Shown here one piece after another: positions 10,891-23,450 of a stretch of DNA of 40,616 nt. The DNA lies in the NCBI GenBank assembly GCA_000934665.2, contig JYFJ02003516.1:1-40616 (forward strand), read 5' to 3'. Source of the stretch: Catajapyx aquilonaris. Its lineage: Eukaryota. How positions within the stretch are numbered: position 1 is the first letter of the stretch; each line of letters opens with the position of its first letter. The position numbers were made by a program, and so were the translations under genes. The notes below the pieces were generated by a model. That model was not told where the DNA came from. It was given only the letters and a program-made list of their open reading frames with translations, and did no database searches.

Positions 10891-13800
10891 TTAATCATCC
10901 TCCTTTTTCTCCTTTATCTCTTCTACTGCTGTCACCCTGAACTTCTTTGTAAGAGAAACCTCTGTTTCTGGTGGATGCGCTCGGCTCCGTAGAAGTTGCT
11001 TCTTATGCTGGATTTTCTGTTGTTTCTTAAACATGAGATTGACAGCCTCTTGAGCTTCAGTTAGATGCTTCTGCTGAAGATGCCTGACACGTTGTCTCAT
11101 GAGCTTCTTTCGTGACTCTGGCAGGATGAATCCATGAACCAGCTCACTCACCATCTCCTCTTTAGGAATTTCTGTGGCTCTGGATAGGATTTAAAAAATG
11201 GCATGTAATGTAATATGAACGCTCAGGATTGCAAATAATGACTACTCCATTGGCTATGTGGCAGTGTGCGATTAGTGTCGCTATAAGAAATCAGAAGAAC
11301 CTTTGTTCAACTAGGTGCGCAGTCTCGTTGATCTTCAATACCAGCTGTTGAACCAGATTTTCTGCTTTTGTTTCTGACTTCCACTGGGTCCCCTGGTCCT
11401 TTAGATCTGGATCGACGGAAGGCTGCTCTATGCCCACAGCCTTCTTGAATAACTCTTCCTCCTCCCTTAGGGATTGCTCCTCCCCATGCCTCTTGCCGGA
11501 TTCTTCAGCCTCATTCAGGACCCTGTCGCTCTCGGCCAGCAATGCAAAAGAGTGGATCTTTTGTTCATCCTGGAGACGGACCAGCTCCTCGCTCAGAAAG
11601 TCCAACAAACATCCTAAAGTTACGCCCTCCACACTCTCCAATAGGTCGTTCAACGTGCTTTCCTTTTGAATGCAGAAGGTTGGAAATCAGTATTAGCTGT
11701 ATACAGGCATACAATACAATTGATGGTACAAACTCAGCCTAGACGTTTGTCTGAATTATTACTTGAATCATCCACTCCGTCTTGTCCTTTTGCTGCTGGA
11801 GAAGGGAATCTTCTTCCTTCTGCATTGATATTTTTTCTTCATTCGTCAAATTGTTGATCTGATCTTCCTCATCAATCTTGTGATACATCTTTACAGAACA
11901 AGAGCATTATTACGACATGCAACAGTAGCATAGAGGAAAAACTGACAAACTCTTATGGTATATGAATATCTCGGGACTCATCAACATTACAATATTGATG
12001 CATCCAAGAATAACATTTTGTCCTGCCAAAAATTCAAGATGATTGTGACCTACCAAAGACTGAACCGCCCTTCCGTACATTATCTTCTGCAAGCAAATGA
12101 CTGCCTGGTACTCTTCCTCGTCCAATGGGTGTGGGCCTGGGATGGACGGAGTTGGAGGCGATGCCGGTTCGCCTAGCTCTATTACCATGGAATCAAGTGA
12201 ACTTTTATCTTCCATATCTCCGTCTCTCACCCCTGCAATATATTAATTACGAGCTGAATACACTTCTTTCCATTAGACTACATGTAGACTACATAATACA
12301 TGTTAACCAATCTGTACTGTGTGCTGTACCATCATAAGTGATAATCATCTAGCATCCACTTTTGGGTGGACATAAAAAGGTTAACTGTTCCTTATACACT
12401 AATTGCACTTACATGCAGCAGCTTCATGCAAATACTGAAGCTGATGTTGATCTCTGTATCTGCGAGGTATATAAGTATGACTTTCAGGGGAAATGTACAG
12501 AGTAGAGATTTCTCCTGTATCAAAATGTACGTTGTAGTTTAGCATCCTTGACGTATTCTCGAGCTCCTTCAGCCCTGCGAAACATAGAATTGGTGGAAAA
12601 TGATCATGACAGCTAACTGCGATTGCTAAGCAGCTTACCTGTGTACTTATCCAAATAGTAGTTTCCTATGCGTATCACTTGTCCTTTCTCAATCTGAGCG
12701 TTGCCGAATCGGGTTGCTGATGTTTGCGCAGTGGATGCTTTGCTGTATGCTCTATCTGGGCTGCCATACTTTTCGTTGTCTGATTTATACTGCCGGTACA
12801 ATCTTCGAGCATCTTATTACAGAGAACATCTCTTAGTAATATTGCAGTGTATTGCAGAGTGGACTTAAGCTAGTATTTGAATTATCGTGTAGAGTGTAGA
12901 GCGGATCGATTACTTGCGTCACTTGCATAACGACATAAGAGACAGTATACAGTTGAGTGAAATTAATAATAGGTCATTCCACACGAAAAGGGACATTTTG
13001 GTTAACAGTGAAAGTTTAAAAGGCAATTTTTCTGTCTCTTATTTTAAACTTGAATAGTCTTCAATTTCATGTTTTGCACGAAAGAAATTGGGGGGAAAAC
13101 TTGGTCAGTGTTTTACAAGTCCTGAAGTCCTCTTGATGATAGGTAGAACATGATTGAGTTGGTTGGTTGGTTGGTTGGTTTGGAAGGGTTACCCAGCTTG
13201 TATGGCTCTGTCTGAGTCGAGCCTTGGCAACCGGGGGTAGGAGAGGAAGGTGTGGGATTGCAAGGTAGGGGTGGGTGAGAAGGGTGGGGGAGAGGAGGGC
13301 TGGACCCGGCTGTACTGCAATGCCGGGTCCAACCCAGGGACGGGGGTGGGATATTCTCCCAAGCACCCCGTCCGAGGTCCGACCAAGAAATACGAGTTGG
13401 TCCGAGAGGACCACTCGATGGGCGCTCGTTCCAAATTGGGGAAACTTTGCGGGGTTGGGAGGGACAGATCCATTTTTTGAAAAATACTCTTACGCTAGAG
13501 CCTATTCTTCTCAGTGCTCACCAACTGATCTGCTGGCACGAATATGCATGTAAAAATACAAATACTAGAAAATGTCGATATTTTCACCGATATATCGATA
13601 GATCAATATCGGTGAAATTTTCATATCGATATATCGACATACTGGTATCGAAAAAGTCCCATCTCTATAGGTCACCCACGCCTAGGCGCGAATTTGAGAT
13701 CTGACCTCGCTAGGTCGTCACTCTGACCTCAAGGGATTGATTGATTATAATATTAAAATAGTTCATCTCACTAATCACATTCACTAACTTGACTAGGTGG

Positions 13801-16800
13801 GAGAGGCTACTCCTTGCCGATTCGAGAACTACTAGTCTGCGGCATTCATGCGGCAATAGTGTGAAATATTCATTTCAGGTGTCACTGACGAAAAATGCAA
13901 TACGCGTATTGTTTGTGTCATGATTCTTGCAGTTTTGAACTTTTTGAATAAACATTTCGGAATACAGGTCCATCACCGACACTCCCTGCATCCCGTCCTC
14001 TCTTGTAAAAACCGCCAACTCACACAACCAACTGGATGTCACAAAAGATGTATGATTTCAAAACAACCATATAGAGTCATTCTAGTGTACTTGCTTATAT
14101 TTACATAATTATTGTCACAAACTCACTATGACTGCTGCCACAATGCCAGTAACACACCAACTTTCTGCATCACGTATAGCATAGCGGTTTGTGCTATTTT
14201 CTAACAGGATGACAAGCCTGCTCATTATTATTTTACCGAAGATACTTTCCCATCCCCAGTGTATAGTTCACCCACCACCCAAAAAATTGAGTGGTTGGGT
14301 AATAAACAAAATGTGATAAAAAAATCGCCGTTAAGACTATCTGGACTTTAGAATAGATAAATGAAGCGTAACAATGGAGTTAGGCGGACACCAAAGTTTA
14401 AGTTGATTTGACAGTTAACAACTGAAATAAATATGATTACATCTTGAACTGTAATTTCTGTGGGATATGGTAAAAATTGCTGCCACTGCGTTTATATGTT
14501 ACTTAGAAGGACGTTAATTTTAATAATGAACCTAAGGGGCCACACAAATCCGAAAACAGTATTAAAATTAATTACAAAAAATCTAACACAGAATTTTAAA
14601 AGTATATTATGGCTCGCGGACTTTTTCTGAATTTGCTACACGTTGGTGTACAACATTTAACGGTGTTATTTATAAATAAATAAAAATGTGACAATATTGT
14701 CTATTTAGACCTCAGTCCAATGTGCTACAATAAAAAATTTCAATTCAATTAACGTGAAATGGTTTTTTAAATCCCCGCATTAAAAATGCACAGAAAATTC
14801 GATATCTGCAAGCCGTGATAAACATTTTTTAATTCCGTGGTATATTTTTTGTAATTAATTTTAATGCTGTCTTAGGATTTGTGTGGCCCCTCAGGTTCAT
14901 TTTTGAAATTAATATCATGCTAAGTAACATAAAAACGCAGTGGCATCAATATTTACCAGATCCCACGGAAATTCACTGTCCAAGGTGTAATCATATTTAT
15001 TTCAGTAGTTAACTGTCAACTCCTTGGTCAAATCAACTTAAACTTTCGTGTCCCCCCTAACTCCAATGTTACAATTCATAATTATCCATTAATTATCCAT
15101 TCTAATGTCCAGATTATCTTAATGGAGATTTTGTATCAAAACGAGTATACGGCTGGGTATCTAGAATAAATTGCCAGTCTGCAGCAATCCGATTTTTGTC
15201 GTTTTTGAGTTAACACTACCATTAAAGTTTTCAAGTAGAGGTGAATGATAATGACTAATGGAGCCAAAGAGCCAGATCGAAATGAGTTTTCTTGGCGGAG
15301 CAAAAAAAAAGAAGAAGAAACAATTACTGATGAAATTTGATGATAAGCCAAAACGGCTATCTTCGCTAAACGTGATTAGCCAAACCGCTAACTTCGTCCG
15401 ATTTAGGTCTTAAATTATAAACTTAAATTTTAATTTTAACATTTTCATTTTAATGTAATTTTCAATGTAAAACATAAAATTCAAAACCATTCAAATTTAA
15501 AATGAGAACATAATTTTGCTTTTTGAACTTTCACTTGCAGCTTGTTAGTTTGTGTGGAATAATCTTAATGAAAAATAAATGAATGATAATGCCAGGCCCA
15601 TTGAAAAAAATATTTTTACCCAAGGACAATAATATGTATCGTTCGTTACTAGATTAATTTTCATTCTACGACCAATCGTAGGCCTACCAATCACATGACA
15701 ACTTAATTATGGCGAGACCCTATTTTGTTGATAATTATGATAGTCTTCTACAACGTACTGAAAAATAATGTTATTTCTGGGATGTTCAGGAGAACAGAGT
15801 TTTGCTATTATGTGTGCTGCATTAAAAATGCATGTCCTTTTGCTGCTCCGTCCGTTACCTGACTTAATGAAATTAAATCACCATGTTAAAACATAAACTT
15901 CCAACATCTGATGTTTCATAAATATTAACACCATGACTATGTTGCCCTTGCAATGTTACGTAACGTTCAAAAACACTTTCATACATACATGATTTATATT
16001 TGAAAAAAAAAAATGTCCCGTCTGTTACCATGGAATGACTCTAATATAGGCGGTTTATGATCTGAATCAACCAATAAAGCAGATTCATGCACATTAACCA
16101 GCTTACCTCTGTCATGTTTGTGCCGTATCCTTGTCATAGCTCTTTCCTTGCGCCGATCGAGCGAGGCCCAGATTCGGTCAAGCTTCTGCGACAAAAGGCC
16201 CAATTTGTCCTCCTTCTTCTTTTCATAAGCCTTTCCCCATAGTTGATGCTGGAGAATGCGTAACCTCTCAATCTCCATCTCCCTTGCCAGCCATTCACTT
16301 ATCTCCAGATCTGCCAGCATCTTCTGCCTCTTCCGCTTCTGTCTCTCATCTTGCAACTCCGGAAGGGCCTCTATGACGGCCCTCTTGTCTCGTATCCTGT
16401 CGATCGCCTCTACTTCCCGAATGCCTGCCGGAATTCCATGTCCCCATGACAAATGTGCGATGTCCAGGACTTCTGGTCTCATCGCGCTTCTGACTTTGTA
16501 GGGTGGTGAGTATGGATCGGTTTGTGCTTCGGACTCGCGATACATGGTCTGGGTTCCCCTTGTGACCGTCTTTTTGAATTCCTCGACAGTGGATTTAATC
16601 TTGCCTTGCTTGTCATGTACCGGCGATGGGGGGCGAGGGACGTAGGTCGGGGCATAACGTACTGCCGCGATGAAGTTCTGCAGAAGAGGATGATGCGGCC
16701 TGGAAATATGCAACGTTTCACTCGGTTTCATCTTTGCGTCAGGTATAACCTGCATGGGTACAGTGCTTGCTCTACCTGTTGAAAAACTTGTGGCGATCCA

Positions 16801-18406
16801 TGCCATTCACATCCAGATGTTTCTCCTTCCGTATGTGCTGTATGGGGCCGGACATGTCCCTGCAAGAGATGCCATTCTTGAGCAGATTGATGTACAGTAT
16901 TGTGCAACTGGAAGGCACATCGCTGCAGGATGGAGAGAAACTCGAGCCATGTACTATGGGAGACAAAAAGTAGCAAGGAGAGCCTTCTTGTCTTCTCTGT
17001 GTACGTATATGTCGCTGTCGATGATACCTAGTGATTTTTACCAGCCGGAGCAACAAGAGTGGAAATGATAAATGGCCTAATTGCGATATTTTTGAAGCTG
17101 AGAAAAATCGATTTTTGTGTGTCCTATATCAGCTCTTGGTCCTATCCGTATATCAGCTCCTGGTCCTATCCGTATATTAGCTCTTGGTCCTATCCGTATG
17201 TCAGCTCTTGGTCCTATCCGCAATATTATACTTTCTTGGTGATGATGACTTGGCAGATGCAACATACAATCAAGGCATTTTATCATTTCCACTCTTCAAC
17301 TAACTCATCTGTATTGTTATTAAATTTATTATGCTGAAAAAATATTGAAGTTACCTGGAAAGTGGCTCTGGTCGTGGGGCCAATACCACGTGTCGACGTG
17401 GCAGACGGGGTAGTGTACTAAACATGGTACGAAAAATGGGACGTATCTCCTGAAATGATAATTTGTAAAAGTGTACAAGGTACAAAGATTTAGCATTATT
17501 TCTTACAAGTCTCATCTTCCTGGCCATGTCCGCCCTTGCTGATTCGTATTCATTCTCCTTTTTTCCGGACACGGTGTAAACAGGATCTGCCAAAAATATA
17601 TAAGATCAAGAAAATATAGTCCATATTGTTTGGAGGGTGAGACAGGATCGGTATGTAAATTGCTACCTGCACTTTGCACATAATTATACTGTAAGTGTCT
17701 GTTTCATGCACGTTTATGTTCATGACGTGGAGAACAGCATTTAAATGCAAGTTAGTGTTTATTGCCGTAAAAAGCGTACGTTCAGTTTGGACCCTGCCTT
17801 GATGTCTGTTATTTTACTATACCGGTACGTGTGTTTGTCACAGTAATACTTTTCATATAATTTATTATGTATTTTTATGCAGATGTGCAAAATAACAGTC
17901 CTAGATTTCTTATACATCCGCATGGTTTTGTTTTGAGGTTCTGCCCAATTTGACAAATTCAGTAAAAAAAAATCTTCAAATAACTCATTTATGGGCCCAT
18001 TACTGGTTACTTTTTGAACTGATTTTTTCATTGGCTTCTTGCTTTATAATCAAGGTCGTCGTCGTCAGGGACTAAATGCTAATTATATTAATAACGAGGC
18101 TGCAGAGCCTAACAATTCTACAAAAAATGATCCACTGCCATTGATGCCAAGGAAATTACCCGAGAAGTTTGTTGGGGTCATTGTGAAACCACATGTATAC
18201 ATGATGTGCTGATGACATAATGCGGTAGGATTGCTGTAGATTTGTCTGTGATCCTGACTCACCTTGTGTATGACTTATTCGACTTACGAGTACTTACCAT
18301 ACTCATAGTCCAATGCTCTAGTGGTCATCGGTTGGTAATCGCCTGGGGCATTCTTAGCACTGCCAAAAAGAGCTTGCATTGGTCGACGTAGCTCTGGGTC
18401 TTGCAT
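10891..18406 (-). CDS. CFAP91: Cilia- and flagella-associated protein 91 (MAATS1/AAT-1; radial spoke/CSC component), ~750 aa, 11 exons
   Basis: Exons (minus) 18406-18298, 17586-17507, 17449-17355, 16859-16776, 16699-16107, 12812-12639, 12574-12413, 12232-12054, 11888-11763, 11662-11301, 11179-10891 sum to 2253 nt (751 codons incl. TAA), all GT-AG and in phase. Family motifs: TRALDYEYDPVYTVS, RHKFFNRP, GTQTMYRESEAQTDPYSP, LSWGHGIPAGIREVEAIDR, AVICLQKIMYGRAVQ, LLDFLSEELVRLQDEQKIHSFALLAE. The exon-4 acceptor and the start codon are less certain. Confidence 0.92.
13159..13472 (-). mobile_element. Probable 5'-truncated retroposon (SINE/LINE 3' end) with (CCAA)n tail
   Basis: Abrupt GC-rich ~310-bp block inside the AT-rich large CFAP91 intron, ending on the minus strand in (CCAA)n (plus TTGG repeats at ~13159-13182). 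No tRNA head or TSD recognised. Confidence 0.5.
13566..13668. mobile_element. Fragment resembling the end of a hAT-like MITE with CGATA subterminal repeats
   Basis: Dense CGATAT/ATATCG repeats ending in CCCATCTCTA. Only one end identified. Confidence 0.35.
14314..15138. mobile_element. Long diverged foldback / MITE-like inverted repeat (~330-bp arms)
   Basis: Left ...AAAGTTTAAGTTGATTTGAC...CTGAAATAAATATGATTACA...GGGGCCACACAAATCC...ATTAAAATTAATTACAAAAAAT pairs with right ATTTTTTGTAATTAATTTTAAT...GGATTTGTGTGGCCCC...TGTAATCATATTTATTTCAG...GTCAAATCAACTTAAACTTT. Collinear with scattered mismatches. Confidence 0.85.
17055..17296. mobile_element. MITE with 18-bp perfect TIRs, putative 4-bp TSD (CAAC) and internal 24-bp tandem repeat
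   Basis: AAGAGTGGAAATGATAAA (17055) / TTTATCATTTCCACTCTT (ends 17296). CAAC at 17051-17054 and 17297-17300. Confidence 0.75.
17121..17222. repeat. 24-bp tandem repeat, ~4 copies (GTCCTATCCGTATATCAGCTCTTG)
   Basis: Read directly. Produces the spurious ISSWSYPY / IRIGPRAD repeats in the ORF track. Confidence 0.92.
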
Positions 18407-19349
18407 GGATCAACTCTCAAACTCTTCTACCTTAGCTTCAAAAACTTGTAATGTCTCTCAAACTTAATGTCGGTATGGAGCCGTCCTTTCCCTAAGTAAT
18501 GGTGGCATAAACACTCCAGTGGTTGGGATGCATGAAGATTTGTTTTGTCAATAAAGTTGTCGGGCACTGGTCTCCCAATCAATACCGACTTGACTCCCCC
18601 TCAAAAATATCCCGCTTGCTGATTGAACAGAATAGCATACATTACCTGTATACAAATGACTAATGTCTACGAATGGAATTTTGGTGGAATCTGTATCCGC
18701 TAAGGGGATCTCAACTATAGGACTTGGGACTGGGACTTGGGATCGCAAGTAACTGCTGATGTTAGGTCTTCGTCATCATTATTTCAAGCTCTTTTACTTG
18801 TGTAGGTACACGGTATCTGTCCATGTGAAAGAGGGTAATGCTATTATGTCGAACAAGTTGCTTAACTTGATTAAGTTTGTTTATTGTAAAATTGTAGCAA
18901 TTACATGTCTTACAACTTTGACGACACAGAGTACATGAATGATAAGGTATTGCTATGTATAAACACCAAAGTAACATTCATTATGTAGGTTATATTGTAT
19001 AGGGACTTAGAGGAAACTTAGGAGACAAAAAAATTGCAGTGTCCTTTATGATATTCATGGTGCACGAGGCGTTATTGTGGCGTTTCCACCTTCCACTGGA
19101 AATCTAACGTGAGAAAAAACGATAAACCTGGATCCACTACGCCCACGCTCTTCACATGGTATAATTAATGAATTACTATACGGTAAACACTTTTTTTCTC
19201 TCACTCTGTTGCCCCTCACCCCACCCCCTTTTGTCCCTGGTCTATTCCAAGGGCATTAAATCCGAGTTTATAATAGTATGACTTCCCATATGAAAACAAC
19301 TCACTGCCACTGAAGAAATATAATTATCAAAAATATCCGTGACCCTATA

Positions 19350-19740
19350 CAAGGTGTTCACGAATTATTCTGCCGATATGATACAGGTAGTAGGGGGTGA
19401 GTATATAAGAAGCATGGCATGGGTCAGAAAGGTCGGCGACAATCCGTTTCGGAGATGTCGACCTTTGACATCGACAATGTCTATCCTGACACGTATGGAT
19501 ACCCCGTGCCTATTTGCATTACTGGTTGCCGGTGTCAGGCGTTCGCACTGCCAGACCGTTGCTCAACCGCCTGACTCCGGCAACCAGCGATGCAGGCATG
19601 TGCGGGGGTATTCATACTTGTCAGGATAGACATCGTCGACGTCAACGTCGTCGCCGGCCTTTCGGGTCCATGCCATGCTACTTCCATATGCACCCCATAC
19701 CACCCATATCTTTTTGGTAGACGAATTCGTGAACACCCTG
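19350..19740. mobile_element. Tc1/mariner-type MITE
   Basis: TA|CAAGGTGTTCACGAATT ... AATTCGTGAACACCCTG|TA. Imperfect inverted similarity extends inward (AGCATGGCATGG / CCATGCCATGCT). Confidence 0.85.
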
Positions 19741-20586
19741 TAGAGTGAATTGGATTTGTATAGACCTACAGCCTACACTGTACAGCTAGTACAGTACATA
19801 TTTATACAAAGCAGGCTATGAGGGCATCACTGACTCGAAGGCAGGCTGCAATATGGGCTGTGTGTGTACAGGGGCAACGAAATGTATATCGTTGTCTATG
19901 TCTATTTCTGCCTTAAAGGGAGGGAAGTGCGTGGTTACCAAGTAAAGGTCACCCTTTGTAACTATCCATATACTAGCGACACCAATCAAGACCAAATTAT
20001 TTTATGTGCTTCCCTTCCCTCAGGGCAGATGTGGATCGACCAGATATTCATAACCATTACTGCAAAAAGATATCGCATCAAGGTCCTTCAATTGTTGGGA
20101 GACCAGCAGTACGTGTACATTGACATTTAACAACACCGCAAAAAAACATTATTGTCAGTTATAGGCTACAATATCTGATAATAATTTTTCTGTAACAGTG
20201 AACTAATTTATTGGCCAAATTGCACAAACATTTAGAGTGCTTTGGTGAGCAGTGCAACTCTGCTATGTAATCATCATTATTAAAGGTGTGCACTAACCTC
20301 ACCCTATGAGAAAGAGGAGCAAACTCACAAGTTAGCAACACTTATAGACGGGAACGCCGTGAACAGAGTTATCCTTATATTTTCACTTGCTCAACAGAAG
20401 ACAACTGAACTAGTAAGTTACTCTGGCAGTGCCCTTTGAAAAGGAGAAATCAGGCGAATAATGTGGCCAATCTAACCCGAGTAATAGCTTGTAACTTGAC
20501 TTTTGATGTTTATCTCACTAAGAAATTTCCTAGTACGTCGCAATTGGCTATTATTGCATATATATGTTGACCCTTGCAGCTTCTCT

Positions 20587-21720
20587 TTAATATTTTGGAT
20601 ACGTTCTCTGAGTGTAATGAAGACCAGCTTTTTTAAGCACCGAAATTAAAAAGGCTTTGGTTATTTCATTAAAAGTAAAAGAAACTAGTCGTACCCGACA
20701 GGCCACATGCATCCAAAATTTAAGAAGGTTAAGGACTACTAATTGAGGCCATGGCACTTGTTGATATGATTGATTCAATACATCAGAGACGTTCAAGACC
20801 CATGAAATGTATATCAATGCAATTTCTGAGCACTTGTCTATTAGGGCCAGAATGGGTGACAATTGTCTGTAGCTTCTTAATAATATTCTGAGGAAAAACT
20901 CTTGCTCTTGTGTAATGACTTTCATGTTAGGAAAAACAACGCTCTCAATAACACTCCACGAAAGTTCTCGCACCTGACTTGTACTTCCGGCACATGGGTT
21001 GTACTTGTCTTCCATACCCAAGTAGTACCCCAGAACACGCCACACGTGTAAGAAGTCTCCAATTTCTTCTTCCGATGCTCCGTGTATACCAGCTTTTTCA
21101 GGTGAAACCAACACCACACTAATCATAGCAATTATAACCATAGCCATGTCAGTCTGACTCATGTAGGACACTTGACCTTCTGGTGGCTCGACAGGATGCG
21201 ATGAGGAGTGCCGGTGGCATGGTGCTTCGAAGTCCTTCCGTACGAATGGTGCAAAATTACAGTTTTTATAAATATCCGGTTCTCTTGAGATGTCCAGTTT
21301 TGCCCTTTCCACACGTTCCTTGTGCTTGTTGGCGTACTTACCTAGCCTTAGATGCAGTCGCTGCACATGCTTCATGCTATTGTAGGCATGTCCATCAGGG
21401 TTCCAAAGGTCACCTTCATACCAGACGATAAAGTGGGAGATGAGGCTGAGACTAAGTCGCGAAAGGATATCTATCCTGTCGTACTTTCCGAAAAACGTAA
21501 GGACGCGGAAGATTGGCGTCCAGAAGATGGCCGCAAATTGGGATATCCCGTGAGCCACCATGATCCCAAAGAAATGCTTTTTGACAAAGGCCTGACCTCG
21601 TCGAAATCTCTCCTTGTCCACCCAAGACGGAACATCCTCCAAAGAGTGAATTTGGGTGTAAGGAACGTCGCATCCTTTTATGTAGTGATCTAATGTTGTA
21701 TGAAATGGCAAGGACTCCAT
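20587..21720 (-). CDS. MpaB/rubber oxygenase (Lcp-like, DUF2236) family protein, paralogue A, 377 aa, single coding exon
   Basis: ORF 20587..21804. Likely start MESLPF at 21720, preceded by an acceptor-like CTCCAACAG and aligning with the start of paralogue B. Motifs of the arthropod family: PSWVDKERFRRGQAF, HFIVWYEGD, HVQRLH, YMSQTDMA, PEKAGIHGASEEEIGDFLHVWRVLGYYLGMEDKYNPC. Confidence 0.85.
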   Translation of the reverse strand: MESLPFHTTLDHYIKGCDVPYTQIHSLEDVPSWVDKERFRRGQAFVKKHFFGIMVAHGISQFAAIFWTPIFRVLTFFGKYDRIDILSRLSLSLISHFIVWYEGDLWNPDGHAYNSMKHVQRLHLRLGKYANKHKERVERAKLDISREPDIYKNCNFAPFVRKDFEAPCHRHSSSHPVEPPEGQVSYMSQTDMAMVIIAMISVVLVSPEKAGIHGASEEEIGDFLHVWRVLGYYLGMEDKYNPCAGSTSQVRELSWSVIESVVFPNMKVITQEQEFFLRILLRSYRQLSPILALIDKCSEIALIYISWVLNVSDVLNQSYQQVPWPQLVVLNLLKFWMHVACRVRLVSFTFNEITKAFLISVLKKAGLHYTQRTYPKY

Positions 21721-23115
21721 TTTCACTGTTGGAGATGAGAGGGGGTCTGAGATCAGAGAATGTGAAGAAATTCGGCCAACAGCTAAAACAATGAGAAATG
21801 ACACTCGCTACATGTAGAAGCGTCATATCTAACTATCTGAAAAAATGTACACTAAGATCATGAAGATGTATGTTAACCGTATTCATTTTGCAATTCGACT
21901 TGGAATAATTGTTTATGAGGATTGTAAATTGTACTTTCCGGAAACCTTACAAGGTTTTCAGTTTCAAAAGGAAATTATCTGATGCCAAGTGGTGTGAATC
22001 TCGTGCATGTTACATATTCTACATAGAAATGAATATTAACTTTATGGGAGCGATAACGTGAGAGGCTCATCTGTGAAAACATCGTACTTTATCGTAAGTG
22101 GGAAAAATGTGGGTTACAAGGGAGCAAAACTCTCTCATCTCTGGAATTTCTCCACAGCTGCTTTAGCACATTAATTTTGATATATAAGTTACATTACAAA
22201 AATGATAACAGTGTTATATCCAACTTGTCTACTATTTCCAATATGCTCATTTTCTTTTACTTTTGATTCAAAAAGTCCACTCTGAACCACTTTGCTTCAT
22301 TGAGCACCAAAGATTCCGCTAATGAGTAATCTATAGGCAATGACAAATATTTCCACTGTTATAATGCTGTATTTACTTGGGCAATGGGCTTCTTCTTCCA
22401 ATAATGAACAGTAGACAATTCTTGGCTAATATTGAAGCTAATATTAAATCGCTTGCGAACATGCCGCTTCTAAGAATAATTACGAAACTTTGGATTACTG
22501 GCATTATTTGGAAAAGCGGATTAGATTATAATTGAGAAGTAAAGATTGCAATAACTGCTGTACTTACATATTCTTGGATGAAGGAGGCAACCTATCGTGT
22601 CCGCAGTTCCCCCAGTGCACACAGTTCATAGTTCGCAGCAGAGACCTGAGTGTTGGATCCCAGTCCACACCAATTTTGTTGTGCTAAAGTGAGGAATTGC
22701 CCAGTAGTTTTATGCAAAACATAACAGGTTTCACAGCATTGATTGCGCATCTAAAAAGTAGGCATCTTGATAAGATATAATTTGCGTGAGCAGACAACCA
22801 TGGGATAATAAGTAACTTGCGTCAGGCTTACAAACATTTTTGCACGTCCTTTTTAGTAGAGAGTGTGTATCATGCTGTAGCTATCAAGATATCGCATAAA
22901 CAGCGCAAACACAAGGGAAAGTTCCGGAGAAACCATTTTCAGACTTCTTGAATCTGCTGTATACGATTGTCTCTCGTATTTCGGAATTACGAAGCCTTGT
23001 AGCTCACGCTATTCACAAATTAACTCATTGCTAAAACAAATGCAGACCTCTGGAACGTATTGTGTGGTTCATATCTCATTGGTTTATTGTAATGCCAGAA
23101 AGTACCCTATGAATA

Positions 23116-23116
23116 A

Positions 23117-23186
<70 letters not shown>

Positions 23187-23450
23187 TCTTACCCCGTTAT
23201 CAAACTTTTTAGGCTCTTTAGGGGGGATTTTTGTTTTGTCTGGAACTCTTGCTTGTTTACTTTTGGCTTTTTGGGATAGGATAGGGAAGGAAGGAGGCGG
23301 CTGTGGCCTTTTAAATTAGGAAGTAACCCCGGAATTCTCCTGGAGGGACCGTGGGAAACCACGGTTGGAGTTGCCGGCCCCGGGGCTCGAACCCAGGACC
23401 TCCCGATTAGCAGTCGGACCCTATAGCCACTCCACCAAACTGCTTCGGTT
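23116..23450 (-). mobile_element. Full-length tRNA-derived SINE with (TTA)n tail and 9-bp TSD
   Basis: Minus-strand head TGGTGGAGTGG...TCCGACTGCTAATCGGG...GGTTCGAGCCC. Core CGTGGTTTCCCACGGTCCCTCCAGG...GGCCACAGCCGCCTCCTTCC. (AAT)n tract ~23117-23183 is its tail. TSD CTATGAATA at 23107-23115 and 23451-23459. Confidence 0.9.

Noticed and set aside
18548..18977. Short ORFs upstream of CFAP91 as extra coding exons
   Set aside because: An in-frame TGA lies just before the ATG at 18406 and the peptides show no family similarity.
23028..23279. Poly-Ile ORF, and poly-Tyr/Leu/His ORFs at 37081-37358
   Set aside because: Translations of (AAT)n and (TAT)n/(CAT)n microsatellites.
23372..23447. tRNA-Ser(GCT) gene on minus strand
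   Set aside because: Anticodon and T arms look tRNA-like, but the acceptor stem does not pair and the long Ser variable arm is missing. It continues into a SINE body with tail and TSD. The same logic applies to the heads at ~6538 and ~31908.
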